64,000 nt of DNA from Octopus sinensis (GCF_006345805.1 NC_043008.1:15624001-15688000), one strand, 5' to 3'. Counted from the stretch's first letter, positions 28,679-43,396 are shown. Program-made: numbers and translations. The notes: generated by a model from the sequence alone, not told the origin.

Positions 28679-29521
28679 GGTACGAGCAATTAAGATTCAA
28701 GTGAGTTCTGTTGAATTCACATGAATATGGTACTTAACTTGGATGCACCAGAAATCTATATGGTGTTAACCATACGATAATGCGGGGTGATTATAAATAG
28801 GGAAAAAGCAACAAGAATGGATCAATATTTCGGTACAATTGTTTCGTACGAAGACAGCTTTATTAAAGCAACAAACATTGCAGTAAATATAAGTGACCCG
28901 CATTTTTTTGTCGTCAGCAAATAATTACCTGCATTTCTTCGAACAAATTTCCAGAGAAAGTTATCAATTATGAATAATATCAGGATAATAAAGAGTTTAG
29001 AACCTTTTACTACCTGTGGCCTAGCGTGTAGAAAAATTAGTCAATAGACTTTATATTTTTCATATAAATACAGTGTACATTTAAACACATAAGAGGTATC
29101 CATCATAAGATTCTTTCATGCTAGAAGGAGCAGCTAAAGTCCAAACCACTTCGACTTTTATCTCTAATAGTTTATCTCGAAGAGATGGTGTTGTGGATTT
29201 CCACTCTGGCATCCAAAACTCAGAGTTTTATCTTGACTATTGAATAACTGCAACGTATATATATAAGTGGCTGTATATGTGTGTGTGTGTGTGTATTAGT
29301 ATTGTCGTGCGCTAGTATTGTCAACATTATCGACAGTACATACTGAATGTCTATGTTATAAGAATTCGCCGGTTCCATGTCGTTTAGCATTTTGGAGACG
29401 ACTCCCTTATGGCTCTGGGTGTTAAAAGAATTGAAAGTCATAGACAGTCGGAACATCTCGCCTCCACTTTCATTCAGGAATGATGGATATTGATATTTCG
29501 GCACTTCCCTGACACGCACAC

Positions 29522-29565
<44 letters not shown>

Positions 29566-30199
29566 CACTTGTATAAGCTTATCTGTTGCAGAGAATCCCA
29601 AGTGAAAATTCAATATGCAGCTAACGGAAAAGTATGAAAATATTAAAAGAAAGTTCCTAATATTATATTAACAGAAGCAGAGGTAATTAAGAATTTTGTG
29701 TGGAATTTCACACCAAGATAACTTTCTTTTCGTGGAGAGGTCAACGGATTGCTAGATATATTTAGGATGCCGAAGCAGATACATATGGCTGTCATTTTAA
29801 CGCCCGCAATTCCCCATTATATTTACTTTGATGTTTCAAAAGCAATTAAATTTTGTCGGGTGCAATTAGTAAAACTAGGTCACTGCCTGTAGCGCTTTGC
29901 TTTCCAAGTTTTAATGTATTTGTAAAAGTACAATCTCTGCTTTGAATGTTTGCATTAGCTTCCTTCAGATTACTCAATCGATTCGTTTGTAAATTTAAAT
30001 GTCTCACTCTAAAAAGATTTTCTATTCGCATCAATGTTATTTCACCAAATGCAGCATGAAATCGACATTATGAATTTATATTAAATTATATAACAATGCA
30101 TTGCGTATATAAATACACATATTCGTTCGCTTGTGCATGCATACGTCAATCGATCCATAGATACGTATATATATATGCATGCGTTTGTATACGAATGTA

Positions 30200-30445
30200 T
30201 CCTTAAGCTTGTGTCCCCAACCGCACAGTTACAAGTTGCACCTTCGGGAAGTGTTTTCTACTATATATAACCTTGGGTCGACCAAACTCTTGCGAAAGGA
30301 TTTGGTAGACAGGAACCCGTCGTATACATTACGTCTATATTTCCCCCCTACCATCTCTTGACAACCAGCGTTGTTGTATTTATGCTACCGTGATCTAGCG
30401 GGTCGGCAAAACGAACCTATAGAATAAGTAACAAGCTTAAAAAAT
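30200..30445 (+). mobile_element. Family-B SINE, degenerate
   Basis: GGAAGTGTTTTCTACTATA...GGATTTGGTAGAC...CTTGACAACC...GGCAAAA..TAGAATAAGTA. Confidence 0.8.
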
Positions 30446-30737
30446 GCCCACCACCACCAAAAGAAAAAAATAAACTAAGACATATTGATGTCAGTTCATT
30501 TGACATATATATATACATATATAGTTATGGTATATTCTGTTTCTGTTAAGAATGTAGTAGAATACAGTATAAAACTCGTCCACATTCAGATTTAGCCTCT
30601 GCTGTCGAGTAGCAGTTTTATAGGCACTTCTAGGTTTCCATTTGGGTATTTGTCGTGTGCGAAAAGATAAGTGAAAAAAAATTGGAGTCAAAAGGTAGAA
30701 GTACATTTGGACATTTTTCTTTTAATCACTAAATTTC

Positions 30738-31294
30738 TTTCCACGCAACGTAGTTCTCCAGACGTGCAGGTACTTGATTATGCAACCGCTTGCCTGCGTT
30801 ATGAATTCTAATTTCCTCAGCGATATGTAAATTTTGTCTCCGCAGTTCAAATTCTCGACTTCAAAATATCCTCTCTGTCCCTCGTTACCTAATTTTCGTA
30901 GAAGTCATTGTGTTTATCAAGGTGTGTTGCTGCCGAAAGACCGCCGGCAAACTGCTTTGAATGCGTTGATGTTGTGGTATGGTAATTCCGCTACTGTTAA
31001 AGTATATGCCGATGCTAATCCCTTTAACAGTAGCAGAATCACCATTCCACTACATTTATACGTTGAAAGCAGTTTGCCAATGTTCCTTCGGCAACGACAC
31101 ACCTTGATAAATTCAGTGACTGTTACTAACACCAGGCCACGACAGACAGTGACGATACTCTTGAAGCCGAGTATTTGAAATTACGGAGACAATATTTACA
31201 TATCGCCTGAGGAAAGAGAACTAGATCTCCATAATGCAGGGAAGCGATTGCTTAATTAAGTACCTGCACACCGGGAGATTACGTTGCGTGGAAA
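30738..31294. mobile_element. Fold-back (palindromic) element, probable MITE
   Basis: About 270-bp arms are reverse complements from TTTCCACGCAACG.../...CGTTGCGTGGAAA inward to CTACTGTTAAAG / CTTTAACAGTAG, around a 19-nt loop. Confidence 0.85.
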
Positions 31295-31522
31295 CAATTG
31301 TATTGATTAAAAAATAAGTGAATAACCGTACTCCTTGTGGTGTACGATTTGGCAATTATATATATATATATATGTATATTATATACACACACACACACAT
31401 ATATATATTATATATATATATATATATATACACATGCATATTAGATATATACATACATATGTATATATACGTTTAGGCACAATTACCACACACACACACA
31501 CACACACACACTATAATATAAT

Positions 31523-31579
<57 letters not shown>

Positions 31580-31600
<21 letters not shown>

Positions 31601-32453
31601 TATACACTTACATATATGCTCCACATACACATACGCGCTCATATATATGCTTTCGGTGCGAATATATACATAACAATAACCTATATATACTTATGTATTC
31701 AAAAATATGAAAAACAGAACTGCATTTAGCTTCTATAAAATTAGTCATAAAACAAACTGATTCGCATATTTAAGCACTGTCGATTAGACACAACTAAAAT
31801 TTATTAGACATTCTACATTTCATTAATTACCGCCGAGCCTATGCTAAGGTATGCGGTATGGCATTCATATGCACATACATGCACAAACATAATAATGCAG
31901 CATACATTTTTGGGGGATAAAAATCGACATGTAAGTAAGCTTTAAATAGCGTCACATATTTATGGAGCGGATAGATCGATTGCATCGATCTCTGGAATTT
32001 GAAATCAGAAAACTAGCGACGGGCAAAATACCACTAAGCATTTCACTAACGATTCTGCCAGCTCGACGTCGTCTAACGTATACATATTCACACTGTAATG
32101 AAGTTAACTAGTGTAAACCAAGAGGCGTCTTGTCTAAAACAAAAAGAACATTGCTGCGAGATAGTGAGCATCACCATCGAAAAATTTATAATTACCCCCA
32201 GAGAATTACATACATAAATACATACATAATACATACACACATACATACATGTACGCATGAGTGGCTGGGTGGTAAGTAGCTTGTACCAACCACATGGTTC
32301 TGCGTGTGTTATTCTTGGGCAAGTGTCTTCTACTATAGCTTCGAGCAGACCAAAGCCTTTGAGGGGGATTTGGTAGTTGGAAACTGAAAGAATCTGTCAC
32401 ATATATGTATATGTATCCACACCCACACACACACCACACACCACCACACACAC

Positions 32454-32489
<36 letters not shown>

Positions 32490-33310
32490 ATATACACTTA
32501 CATATATGCTCCACATACACACACGCGCTCATATATATGCTTTCGGTGCGAATATATACATATACAATAACCTATATATACTTATGTATTCAAAAATATG
32601 TAAAAACAGAACTGCATTTAGCTTCTATAAAATTAGTCATAAACAACTGATTCGCATATTTAAGCACTGTCGATTAGACACAACTAAAATTTATTAGACA
32701 TTCTACATTTCATTAATTACCGCCGAGCCTATGGTAAGGTATGCGGTATGGCATTCATATGCACATACATGCACAAACATAATAATGCAGCATACATTTT
32801 TGGGGGATAAAAATCGACATGTAAGTAAAGTTTTAAATAGCGTCACACATATTTATGGGAGCGGATAGATCGATTGCATCGATCTCAGTGGAATTTGAAC
32901 TCAGAACGTAGCGACGGGCAAAATACCGCTAAGCATTTCACTAACGCGCTAACGATTCTGCCAGCTCGACGTCGTTCTAACGTTATACATATTCACACTG
33001 TAATGAAGTTAACTATGTAAACCAAGAGGCGTCTTGTCTTAAACAAAAGAACATTGCTGCTGAGATAGTGACATCACCATCGAAAGATTTATAATTAACC
33101 CCAGAGAATTACATACATACATACATACATATATACATACACACATACATACATGTACGCATGAGTGGCTGGGTGGTAAGTAGCTTGCTTACCAAAAACA
33201 TGGTTCTGCGTGTTATCTTGGGCAAGTGTCTTCTACTATAGCCTCGAGCAGACCAAAGCCTTGTGAGTGGATTTGGTAGTTGGAAACTGAAAGAAATCTG
33301 TCACATATAT
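31580..33310 (+). repeat. About 890-bp tandem duplication (includes family-A and family-B SINE pieces)
   Basis: CCACATACAC at 31621 and 32511; the sequences are collinear and differ mainly by small indels. Confidence 0.93.
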
Positions 33311-33376
33311 GTATATGTATACACACACACACAACACACACACACACACATACACATATATATATATATATGTATG

Positions 33377-33424
<48 letters not shown>

Positions 33425-33627
33425 TGTTCTGTGTTTGTCCCCCCAACATCGCTTGACAACCCATACTGGTGTGTTTACGTCCACATAACTTAGCGGTTCT
33501 GCAAAAGAGACCAATAGAATAAGTACTAGGCTTACAATGAAGAAGCCCTGGGATCGATTTGCTCGTCCAAAGACGGTGCTCCTTCATGGCCGCAGTCAAA
33601 TGATTGAAACAAGTAAAAGAGTAAAAG
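33158..33627 (+). mobile_element. Family-B SINE, full length with expanded internal microsatellite
   Basis: Head GAGTGGCTGGGTGGTAAGTAGC and tail GAAACAAGTAAAAGAGTAAAAG. Confidence 0.93.
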
Positions 33628-34009
33628 TGTATACATGCATACAAACATACGCATGCCTACATATGTGGACATACATTCACACGTAAGGATACACATAGAG
33701 AAGTATGATGCACCAACGTAAATATATATATGTATATATAAATATATGTATATGTAAATATACATATATATATAAGGATATGTATATATATAGATATACG
33801 TATATATGTTGATATATATATATATATATATTATATTTATATTTGTGAATATGCATACATTCATACGTACAACCATACATAAATACATTTACAGATACAC
33901 ACCTCTCTATCTGTATGTATATATGTATTTATATATGTATGTGTCCGATACTTTACTACTAACTAAAATCCGCATTATGTACTTTTAAAACGGATCAAGA
34001 TAGTGTCGC

Positions 34010-34990
34010 CGCACTAATGGATAAATTAATGTTTCAAGTAGGATGGTTAAATATTAATAGTTTGGAGGAAAACACCGATGCATCCTGAAATTTTTTTGGA
34101 TTGATAAGTGACATAAAAGAGCATGTGTTTAAGCAGGAGATTTATATCTGGAGCAAGTGGATTTGAAAATAGACAAGTTGCGGTCTTAACTACCGAAGCA
34201 TTATATCTGATTTAAATATTTCTGTGGCGTTTTCCATGTGATTTGCCGAATTGTGGGATAAAGTTACACAAGAGTATAAAGTTACTATACACATATATAC
34301 ATATATGTGTATATATATATATGTATATATATAAAGTTACACAATTTTTAAAAAGCTGAAGGAAACGGAGGAAGTCTTAGGAATGCATGTGAATGGTTTT
34401 TCTGCATGGGAATTTAATTTGAAGTATAGAGGCGCCGAGGATATTTAGGATAACGGAGTTACTGGTTCGGCAGAAAATTTAAACACATATCCATTAAAGT
34501 TGGCGTAAGCTTTATATCCATTGTCAAACATGTTCTTCATACGAATTGGAGTAAATTATGTTAAAAGATACGATTTAGTTTATTTTTTACGTGTATATTT
34601 CCTTTAATATGTCAGGTATTCAGGTAGTTGAGATGCATTTCTATGGCAGGTTGTTGTACACTTTTGTTAGCAAAGTTTTTCGTGGCAACATGCGAATTTT
34701 GTTTTCTTAATGCTTTTATGGGACCAGAAGAAATGTTTGGCTTCATTGAGGCTTCAAGGTGGTTGTTTCAGCTTTGTAGACGATACTTTCGTTCCTAGTT
34801 ATATTTTTGTTAAAATATTTATTGCGTAAAATGTATCTTAGTTATCTGAAATTAAGCATCAAAAGTCGAGATGTGGAAAAAGTAAGTTATGTGGATGTTA
34901 CAAATGTGCTTGTCAATTATAAAATTTGAAGTATTGGTTTTAACAACACTTGTGATTTCAGTTTAAGATATCGAGAATGTCCTATGCAGA
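34010..34990 (+). mobile_element. Decayed Penelope-like RT relic
   Basis: Ordered motifs FWIDK*HK (YWIPKLHK), FISGASG, VFR*LRCISMAGCCTLLLAKFF (RQxxGIxMG..P.LA), FVDDTFV and EKVSYVDV. Confidence 0.62.
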
Positions 34991-36529
34991 TAGCTGCACA
35001 TTTATTAAAATTATTAAATTAAAAAAATTTTTTTTCCTAGTCAAATGAGAAAAATAAAAAAAAAAGATACAGTGGAATAGTTAGTCGTGTTTTAGTGAGA
35101 GACAAAACAAATAACCAAACTAAACTTATTAAAAACAAATAATTAGATAAGGATCTATGAAATGGTTAACTAAACATTTTAAGTCTACTTAAGTGCGCAC
35201 AAGATAAATCTGGATCAAGTACACAACCACCCACACAACGTACACATATATAAGCATGTAAATATGTAAGTATATATATATATAACAAAGTAAAATTGGA
35301 AGGTACCGTACGAGTGAAAATATATAAGAAAGAGGATTTGAAAAATGCAGAGGTCTTTTAAAGATGTCTATTGACTTGACCGGTTTCACTTAAAAAAAAA
35401 AGATTATGAAATGTAAAATTGAAGGCTCTGTGTTGAAAAATGGTTAACATTGATGTCTTAAAATACAGTGATAGATTCTTTGACAATGATAAGAAAAATG
35501 TTAAGAGGGGCTTAGTGTTTAAAGAGTTAACATAAAAGTGTTCAAAATAGGTAAGAAAATAAATTCATAATTATTTATAAGTTCATCAAAAAACATGATT
35601 GTATATAAGGATACATATATACAGAAAGAATTTGTTGACAGTATTTGATAAGAGAAAACGTGTATTGCTTAGTCAAAACATCATCACAAATTATATATGA
35701 AATTTTATACAGATTTTAGGGGAATGGCGTACGTTCTTTTCTTTTTCTCCAGTCTTTTATGTGTGTTTGGCAAGGATGGTTGATGGTTTTAGAAATAGTG
35801 TGGGAGGATTGTTGGTGAGGGAAAGCGATCACATGATCTGATTTCGCATAGTCTGTGGAATCAGAAGTGGTTTTTGGACTGGTTTTAGAGTTCAAGATGA
35901 TTTGAATATGTGTGTTTGTGTGTGTTTGTATGTGTGTGTGCACGGTTCTCTGTTTCTGTGTATATATATATATATATGCTTGTATATATATATATGCTTG
36001 TATATATGTGTTGTTGTTTTCGACTGGTCTTAGAGTTCAGTGTGGTGCCTGTCTATGTATGGTTCTGTGTATTTATTTGTTTTATATTTAGCAGCATGGT
36101 TTGCGTATATGTGTGTACGTTTGTGTGTGATTTGTATTTGACAGTGGGTTGTGTATGTTTGCGTGTGTCTACGTGTACTTCTGTGTGTACATGCATATAT
36201 TTGTATGTGTTGTGTGCGTGCACGTGAGTATATGTGTGTGCGTGTTTCTGTGTATGTTTGCAATGTTTTAATTGTCCCGCTGGTGTATGTGCGTCATAAG
36301 TATGTGTGTGTGCTGTTGCATATGTATGTATGTGTGTGAGTGTGTTGTATTTGTCAGGGGCTCTGTGTGTGTCCTTGTGTTACGCTTATCAAGGTACTGT
36401 GTATGTGTGTGCGTGTATGTACTCTGTGTGTTTGTATATCTGTGTGTGTTTGTTGTGGATGTGTACCTGAGGGGTAAGGGTAGGGGCATTGTGCTTATGT
36501 GTCGGCAGTGCAAGTATATTTTTTGAGAT

Positions 36530-36629
36530 NNNNNNNNNNNNNNNNNNNNNNNNNNNNNNNNNNNNNNNNNNNNNNNNNNNNNNNNNNNNNNNNNNNNNNN
36601 NNNNNNNNNNNNNNNNNNNNNNNNNNNNN
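36530..36629. other. Assembly gap (100 N)
   Basis: Run of exactly 100 N. Confidence 1.
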
Positions 36630-37329
36630 ACTGTTAATATAAACTACAGACAGACGTCAGTACTTACTCTTATGCATACAATTCGAAGTACGTTAATGTT
36701 ATATACAAATTGTATCTATATCTTGTAAAACCACCACAACCGAAAAATAAAACTACTGTGGATATCGAAAATAGCGATAAATGCAAAATTACAAGACAAT
36801 AATAAACTGAGCTAAAAAAATACGTAAATATAAGAAGAAAAAAAAAGGCTTTCGTGCACAATGTTACAAAATCAAATCTCAGAGATACTTTTAATAAAAT
36901 ATAAATTTTTCCTTAAAACATGAAATGTACCATACATGAAATACATCATACGATCAGAAGTGCAAAATATCCCTTAATAAAACCATAATTGGATTTAAGA
37001 CAGATATAATTTTTTAACGAAAAGAAGAGGAAAACATAAGCCTCAAAATAAATTGCATGGAACTTGCGAAAAATTTACGCTAATTTAATAAAATAAAATA
37101 AAAATGAAATTATATATAAAAATATAAGAAACAGGGAAAATGCCCTTAAGATGGCTACAAAGTGAATATCAGTATGCAAACAATAAAAGGAACAGCCATA
37201 AAAAAAATATTCCAAATAGATGGATATAAATGAAGAGAGACAGAGACAAACAGCGGTACTCACAGTACGATCGCTATGTCATGAAACTTCGTGTCGAGGA
37301 AAGAATACAGTCAAAATGAAACTATATAC

Positions 37330-37345
37330 ATATATGTGTTTGTGA

Positions 37346-37401
<56 letters not shown>

Positions 37402-38021
37402 GTATATATATATATTAATATGTGTGTATGTATATATATATATATATGTGTGTGTGTATGTATATATATATATATGCGAGTACACACTTTTGTCATTTGA
37501 CTATAATAAGTTAGCAAATACACACAAACACGCACGCAGACACACACAAACAATACAAACACACGCACTCACACATACACACACTCACACACGCGCACAC
37601 ACAAACACGCACGCGTACACACTCACATATATGTTATATACTCGCGGATATTGACAGATATCTGCAGCCGTGGTGTATAAGTGCATTTGTGTGATATTTG
37701 TAATATTTCATACTGTATGTCCTGCTGTGAACACGCGTATATGCATTTAGACTGATATCAAAGATCGATTTATGTGATGATCAAAGAATTTTTGAAATCA
37801 AAATATCTCTCTGTATATATTAATATATGTAATATGGCATTGTATCCGTGTGGATACTATATCTAAAACGCTGTGATAAACAGATACATATGCGTATACA
37901 CGTATACATATATACATACATATATATAATATATATAATATAATATATATATAGATAATATATATATATATATATATATATGTAATATATATATATATAT
38001 AATATAAATATACATACATAA

Positions 38022-38069
<48 letters not shown>

Positions 38070-38699
38070 ATTGTAGATAGATGTAGATCGTGATAGATAT
38101 ACAAACTAACAAAGTCATACATATATACGCGCTCTCAAGCATATGTAATTTTTTTTTCTGAACATAAATGTATGTACATACATACACTGATACAGGCAAC
38201 GGCAAAAAAGCCATAAATAAGAAAAAAAATTAAGTAATAACGTACATATAAAGAACACGCTATCGTAGGAATTTATGACTTACATATACAGACAGCTATA
38301 TGTAATACTGTAAATATACATACACATTCACAGACACATACATACACATAGGCACATACGTCTATACATACATGCATACATACATACAAACATACATATT
38401 TATATACATTAATCATTAATAATTTTATATACATTCATAATATATATGATTATATATATATGAATATATATATATGAATATATATATATATATATAGTGT
38501 GTGTGTATATCTATAATTGTATATTCGCATATAATTTTTATTCAGGCATATATGTTTGTAAATATATGCGTGTATTGTTTAGTACAAAAGTTCAAACAAT
38601 CCTCCTGTTCATATATACGTGCGTGTAATTTATATATATATATGTGCAAATATTTGTGTGTGTATGTATATTTATATGTAATGTATATATATAGATATG

Positions 38700-38751
<52 letters not shown>

Positions 38752-38824
38752 TATACATATACATATGCATATACATATATATATATATTTATGCAAAAAA
38801 TATAAACGTGTATATATATATATA

Positions 38825-38864
<40 letters not shown>

Positions 38865-39208
38865 GTATATACACACTATATATATGCGTAATCATATACA
38901 CGTACAAAATACTTTTTTTTTACATCTATTCATAAGGAGATAGATGAAAACTGAATAGTTTATAAACAGATACTAGAACTGCACACACACACACACAAAC
39001 ACACACACACATACACACACATATGCTCACGTAGAGACGCCTATCTGCATATAACGACACACCCACTGACAAACTTTGACAGATAAATGCAGACGCAAAC
39101 ACTCGTGTAAGCACAAATTTCTTATGAATCCGCACACTTATATTGAAACACACCGATACAAGGACAAACATGCATAAATGTATATCAATTCAGCCATGTA
39201 TCTCTACG

Positions 39209-39239
<31 letters not shown>

Positions 39240-39319
39240 TATACATACACATGTATGTATACACAATATAGACATATATAGCAATTCATACATTTATCTC
39301 CCTTGCTCTCTCTGTATAT

Positions 39320-39403
<84 letters not shown>

Positions 39404-40087
39404 CCATAATATATATATATATATCTTATATATATATATGTATATATATATAATATATATACATATATATATTTGTATATACATATATACACATATATGC
39501 ATATATACATATGCATACCCACATATGTATGTGTGAGTGTGGGATTGGGGATGGGCATGTTTGTAGCTCTTATATGCATTAAGTATGAAGAAATGGGGGA
39601 AGAAATGAGATTAAGCCAGTTGATTTTGATATAGAGAATGAAAGGCAGAGAGATTGCAAGATGTTGGCAATTGCTTAGTAACGGATTTGCAACATAAAGA
39701 TATACATCAAGTATAAGATATATGAAGATACGAATCTTTGAAAAAAAAAAACAAACAAAAACTGTATGACAGTATTCAGATATGCCGACCGAAAAACAGA
39801 TATTGATATAGAAAAAGTCCCATTTAGAAAACATAATCATAAATATATGTTTATTTTTTCCTTTCTGGGTATATGTACGTGTTTCAGAATGTTTATATTC
39901 ACGTACTATTTTATATATGTAAACATATACATACCTCAAATAATATTAATTACATATTCAAACACACACGCATACTTATATTTAAAGACGCACGCACAAA
40001 GAAACTAGAGAATTTGTAATGATATAGATATCTAGATTGCTAAGCAAATAAACCAAGTGATTACTGGCTAGTTAACATTCTGCAAAT

Positions 40088-40130
<43 letters not shown>

Positions 40131-40335
40131 AAGATAGCTAGATAGCTAGATATAGATAGGTATCTATGTCATTTTTGTCTGTCACTGTGCTTATCTGTTG
40201 ATCTGCGCGTGTGTTATACATACATATATCTATATGTATCTAATCAATCTTTGTATATATCAAATGTCTAACCCACTATCTAGCAAATACTAAGTATTTA
40301 GCATACAGCTTTTAACGTCAGCAACTGATGCATAC

Positions 40336-40394
<59 letters not shown>

Positions 40395-40540
40395 GCATAT
40401 GTATATATACATTATATATTTATATGTATGTACATAAATGTATAGATAGATATGTAATATGAGTATATATATATATATATATATACTCACACACACACGC
40501 GTACAGACAGACATACATTTATATAGTATATATATGGTAT
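37330..40540. repeat. Extended region of (TA)n/(CA)n/(TACA)n microsatellites with short spacers
   Basis: Direct reading. Confidence 0.9.
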
Positions 40541-41269
40541 TGCAAGCATTACTTAATTCAGTTACTCAATATTGAAAGATTTTTCTAATAGTTACAACGT
40601 ATATAAACAATTGTGTGTTATAAAGTTTGCTTCCCAAACACATGGCTCTTGTTTCAGTTTCACAGCGTGGAACCCTGGACAAGAGTCAGGCCGACCCAAA
40701 AATTGTGAGTGGGTTTGGTAGACGGAAATTGACAGAAGCCATTTGTATGTATATATATATACGTAAATGTCGAACGATGAAAATGTGTGCTCAACACCAT
40801 TTTGCTGGATATAATTTATTTCTTTGTAAATTAAGGCCACATGGTTTCATGTTAAGAAATGAAGGAAAACATCCTAGTTTCTTAACAACTCCTTAAGCCG
40901 AACACATGGAAAAAAGGCCTTCGCCTCCATTTTAGAAAATAGATCCTCATTTAGTTCGCAGAGCCGCTCGTGAACACTTGTGAATACAGCAATAAACCAA
41001 GGGATTTTACTCACTGGTCGTATCTTTTGAATGTTTGTCTCCTTTGGATTTGCCTTTTGAGCAAACTGTCGTGGTCAAATTGTTTGCTTTATTCTGTTTA
41101 TATTCTGTGTGTGGTATTCTTATCCTTGTGTTGGAGCATATTTCTCCTGTGTGTGGAGTTTTTTTCTATGTGTCTTCAGATTTCACGTTCAGGAAAGGGG
41201 CTATCCTAGTGAGTGGGATTACTGTCGTTAAGGATGTTTCTTATTTTAAATATTTGAGTGTAAAATATG

Positions 41270-42240
41270 GCTTGTGTGCAGAGAGAAGGTTTCATCCCTA
41301 ACGTTTAGTATGTTATCTGTTAATTGTATAATATTTAATTTTTCAGTAATACAGAATTCACATTTGGTACCCTGTCCTGTGTATTTTTTGACTTTAGCGA
41401 TAATTTTCCATTCTTCTCAAGAGTGTTACTTATTACACCTTCTTTCAATGTCCATATCATATATGACAGCGATGTTGCATGTTTTTTTTTTGTCTCTGAA
41501 TGATGCTACATGATGTGTATACCTTTCCTTGAACGAGTTGCCGTCATTCCGATATACGTCTTTATAGGTATATGTTTATCTCTTTATGTCTTCGTCCGTT
41601 CCCCCACTATCGCTTGACAACCGATGTTGGTGTGTTTACATCCCCTTCGCCTAGCAGTTTTTCAAGAGCGACCGATAGAATAATTATTAGGTTTACAAAG
41701 ACTAGGACCTGGTGTAGATTTCTTCGACTAAATATCCCCTTAACGCATTACCCCAGCATGGAGTATTCCAGCAACTATGTGAGTGAAGAAAATAAGGGAA
41801 TAAACTAATAGTGTGTATTTTGTGTGTAGGCGTTTGCATTGATAAGTTTTTCTAATACACGTGTTCTTGGCTAATCCGTATAGAACACTTTACCTTTAGA
41901 TGTGCTGTTCACTATTTGCAGTTTAGTTTCTGATTTAGATTCTTATAAAGTATTTTTCCTTTGACTTTCGTAGCTCATCATTTTCGTCTCTTATTTAGTA
42001 AGAACAAAAGTGTTAGCATGACATAAATGTTATACGTGTGTATGTAAGTGTGTCGTAGTGTAACTTCATATTTTAAAACCTTTTTAGAGAATATCCACTG
42101 TACATCTACTGATGTGACACAGAGTTGACAGTGGAATAAGTTTCACCATATGCTTGTTGAAAAAATGGAAGGTTATCTTTCTCCGAGTATTTATCTATAT
42201 TGAAGGCAGCATTATCAAAATATGGCGTACGCATAATCAT
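41270..42240 (-). mobile_element. Penelope-like GIY-YIG endonuclease relic (interrupted by a family-B SINE tail at about 41585-41770)
   Basis: KTYIGMT, NSFKERYTHHVASFRDKK..TSLSYMIWTLKE, WKIIAK..CEFCITEKLNII..LNVRDE match the PLE endonuclease pattern; upstream NTCIRKTYQC. Confidence 0.85.
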
Positions 42241-43067
42241 TATTCTTGCTAAAGTATCTAGAGGCAATGTGTTTTTTTATTATGATAGTTGTAGTATACT
42301 AAATAATTGATTGAAGGCCAATAAACACCTTACCCATAGGGTTTAACGATATACTCATAAAATTGTATTAGAAACAGATATACATATACATCTATTTAGA
42401 AATTCCACGTATATGCTCTGAGGATGTGCGGATAAATGTTTTTTTTTTTAATCAGTACATTTACAAACTCCTCTGAACCACGCCACGATCGATGAAATAA
42501 TCATATATGCATGACGCCGGTGATGAACCACAAAAATATGCACATGGATTGGTTACACACAAACAATTCGCAACATTGATTAGTGTTTAGGAATATCTGA
42601 ATGTATGGCTTGCGAGGTTACAAATATAAAACCTAAGTGAGATGGGAGTTCTGAGATTCAGAAGAAAGTGGGTCGCCTTCAATCATATCTTTGATTGGTA
42701 TTTCAGCTCGTATCGAATTACATATAAATACATACGCACGTACACACACATATACACATAATGCATTCCTACAAACACACACATATACATACATACATAC
42801 ATACACATACAAATCTGCACGTATACATACATACAAATATACCCTGTTGTTGATGTTGAAATTCCAATGAAGGTGCCTCGTTTCTAGGTTAGAAACCGGC
42901 TCTTTCTCTGTTGGTAAGAAATTATGACAAAAAACTGAATAAGGACATTCATGCATGCATGCATGCATGCATCCATCCATCCATCCATACATACACATAT
43001 ACATTACATATACATATATACATACACATTCAGGCGCGCGCACTCACAGATATACATACACAGATAT

Positions 43068-43262
43068 AGTGAGGGCGCGGAGCGAATAGTTTAGGACATT
43101 TGGCTCACGATCGTACGGTCGTGAGTTCGATACTTCACGGCTCCGTATGTCATTGAGCAAATCAAATCACCTGACCAAAACGATTAGTACCTGTAATTCA
43201 AAGAGCCAGCCTTGTCACATTAAGTGTCATCACGCAGAATCTGACTACGGACTATGTTAAGG
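43068..43262 (+). mobile_element. Degenerate tRNA-derived SINE (family C-like)
   Basis: GTGAGTTCGATAC B box; GTACCTGTAATTCAAAGAGCCAGCCTTGTCACA matches the family-C body. Confidence 0.75.
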
Positions 43263-43396
43263 AGATGCCTTAATTTCATAAGAAGGCTCTTTTGTTTATC
43301 AGATCAATTGGAACCATCGCCATCATGACCAACGGAATGCTGGAACAACAATGTACCTGCATACATATATATATATATTATATATATATATATATA

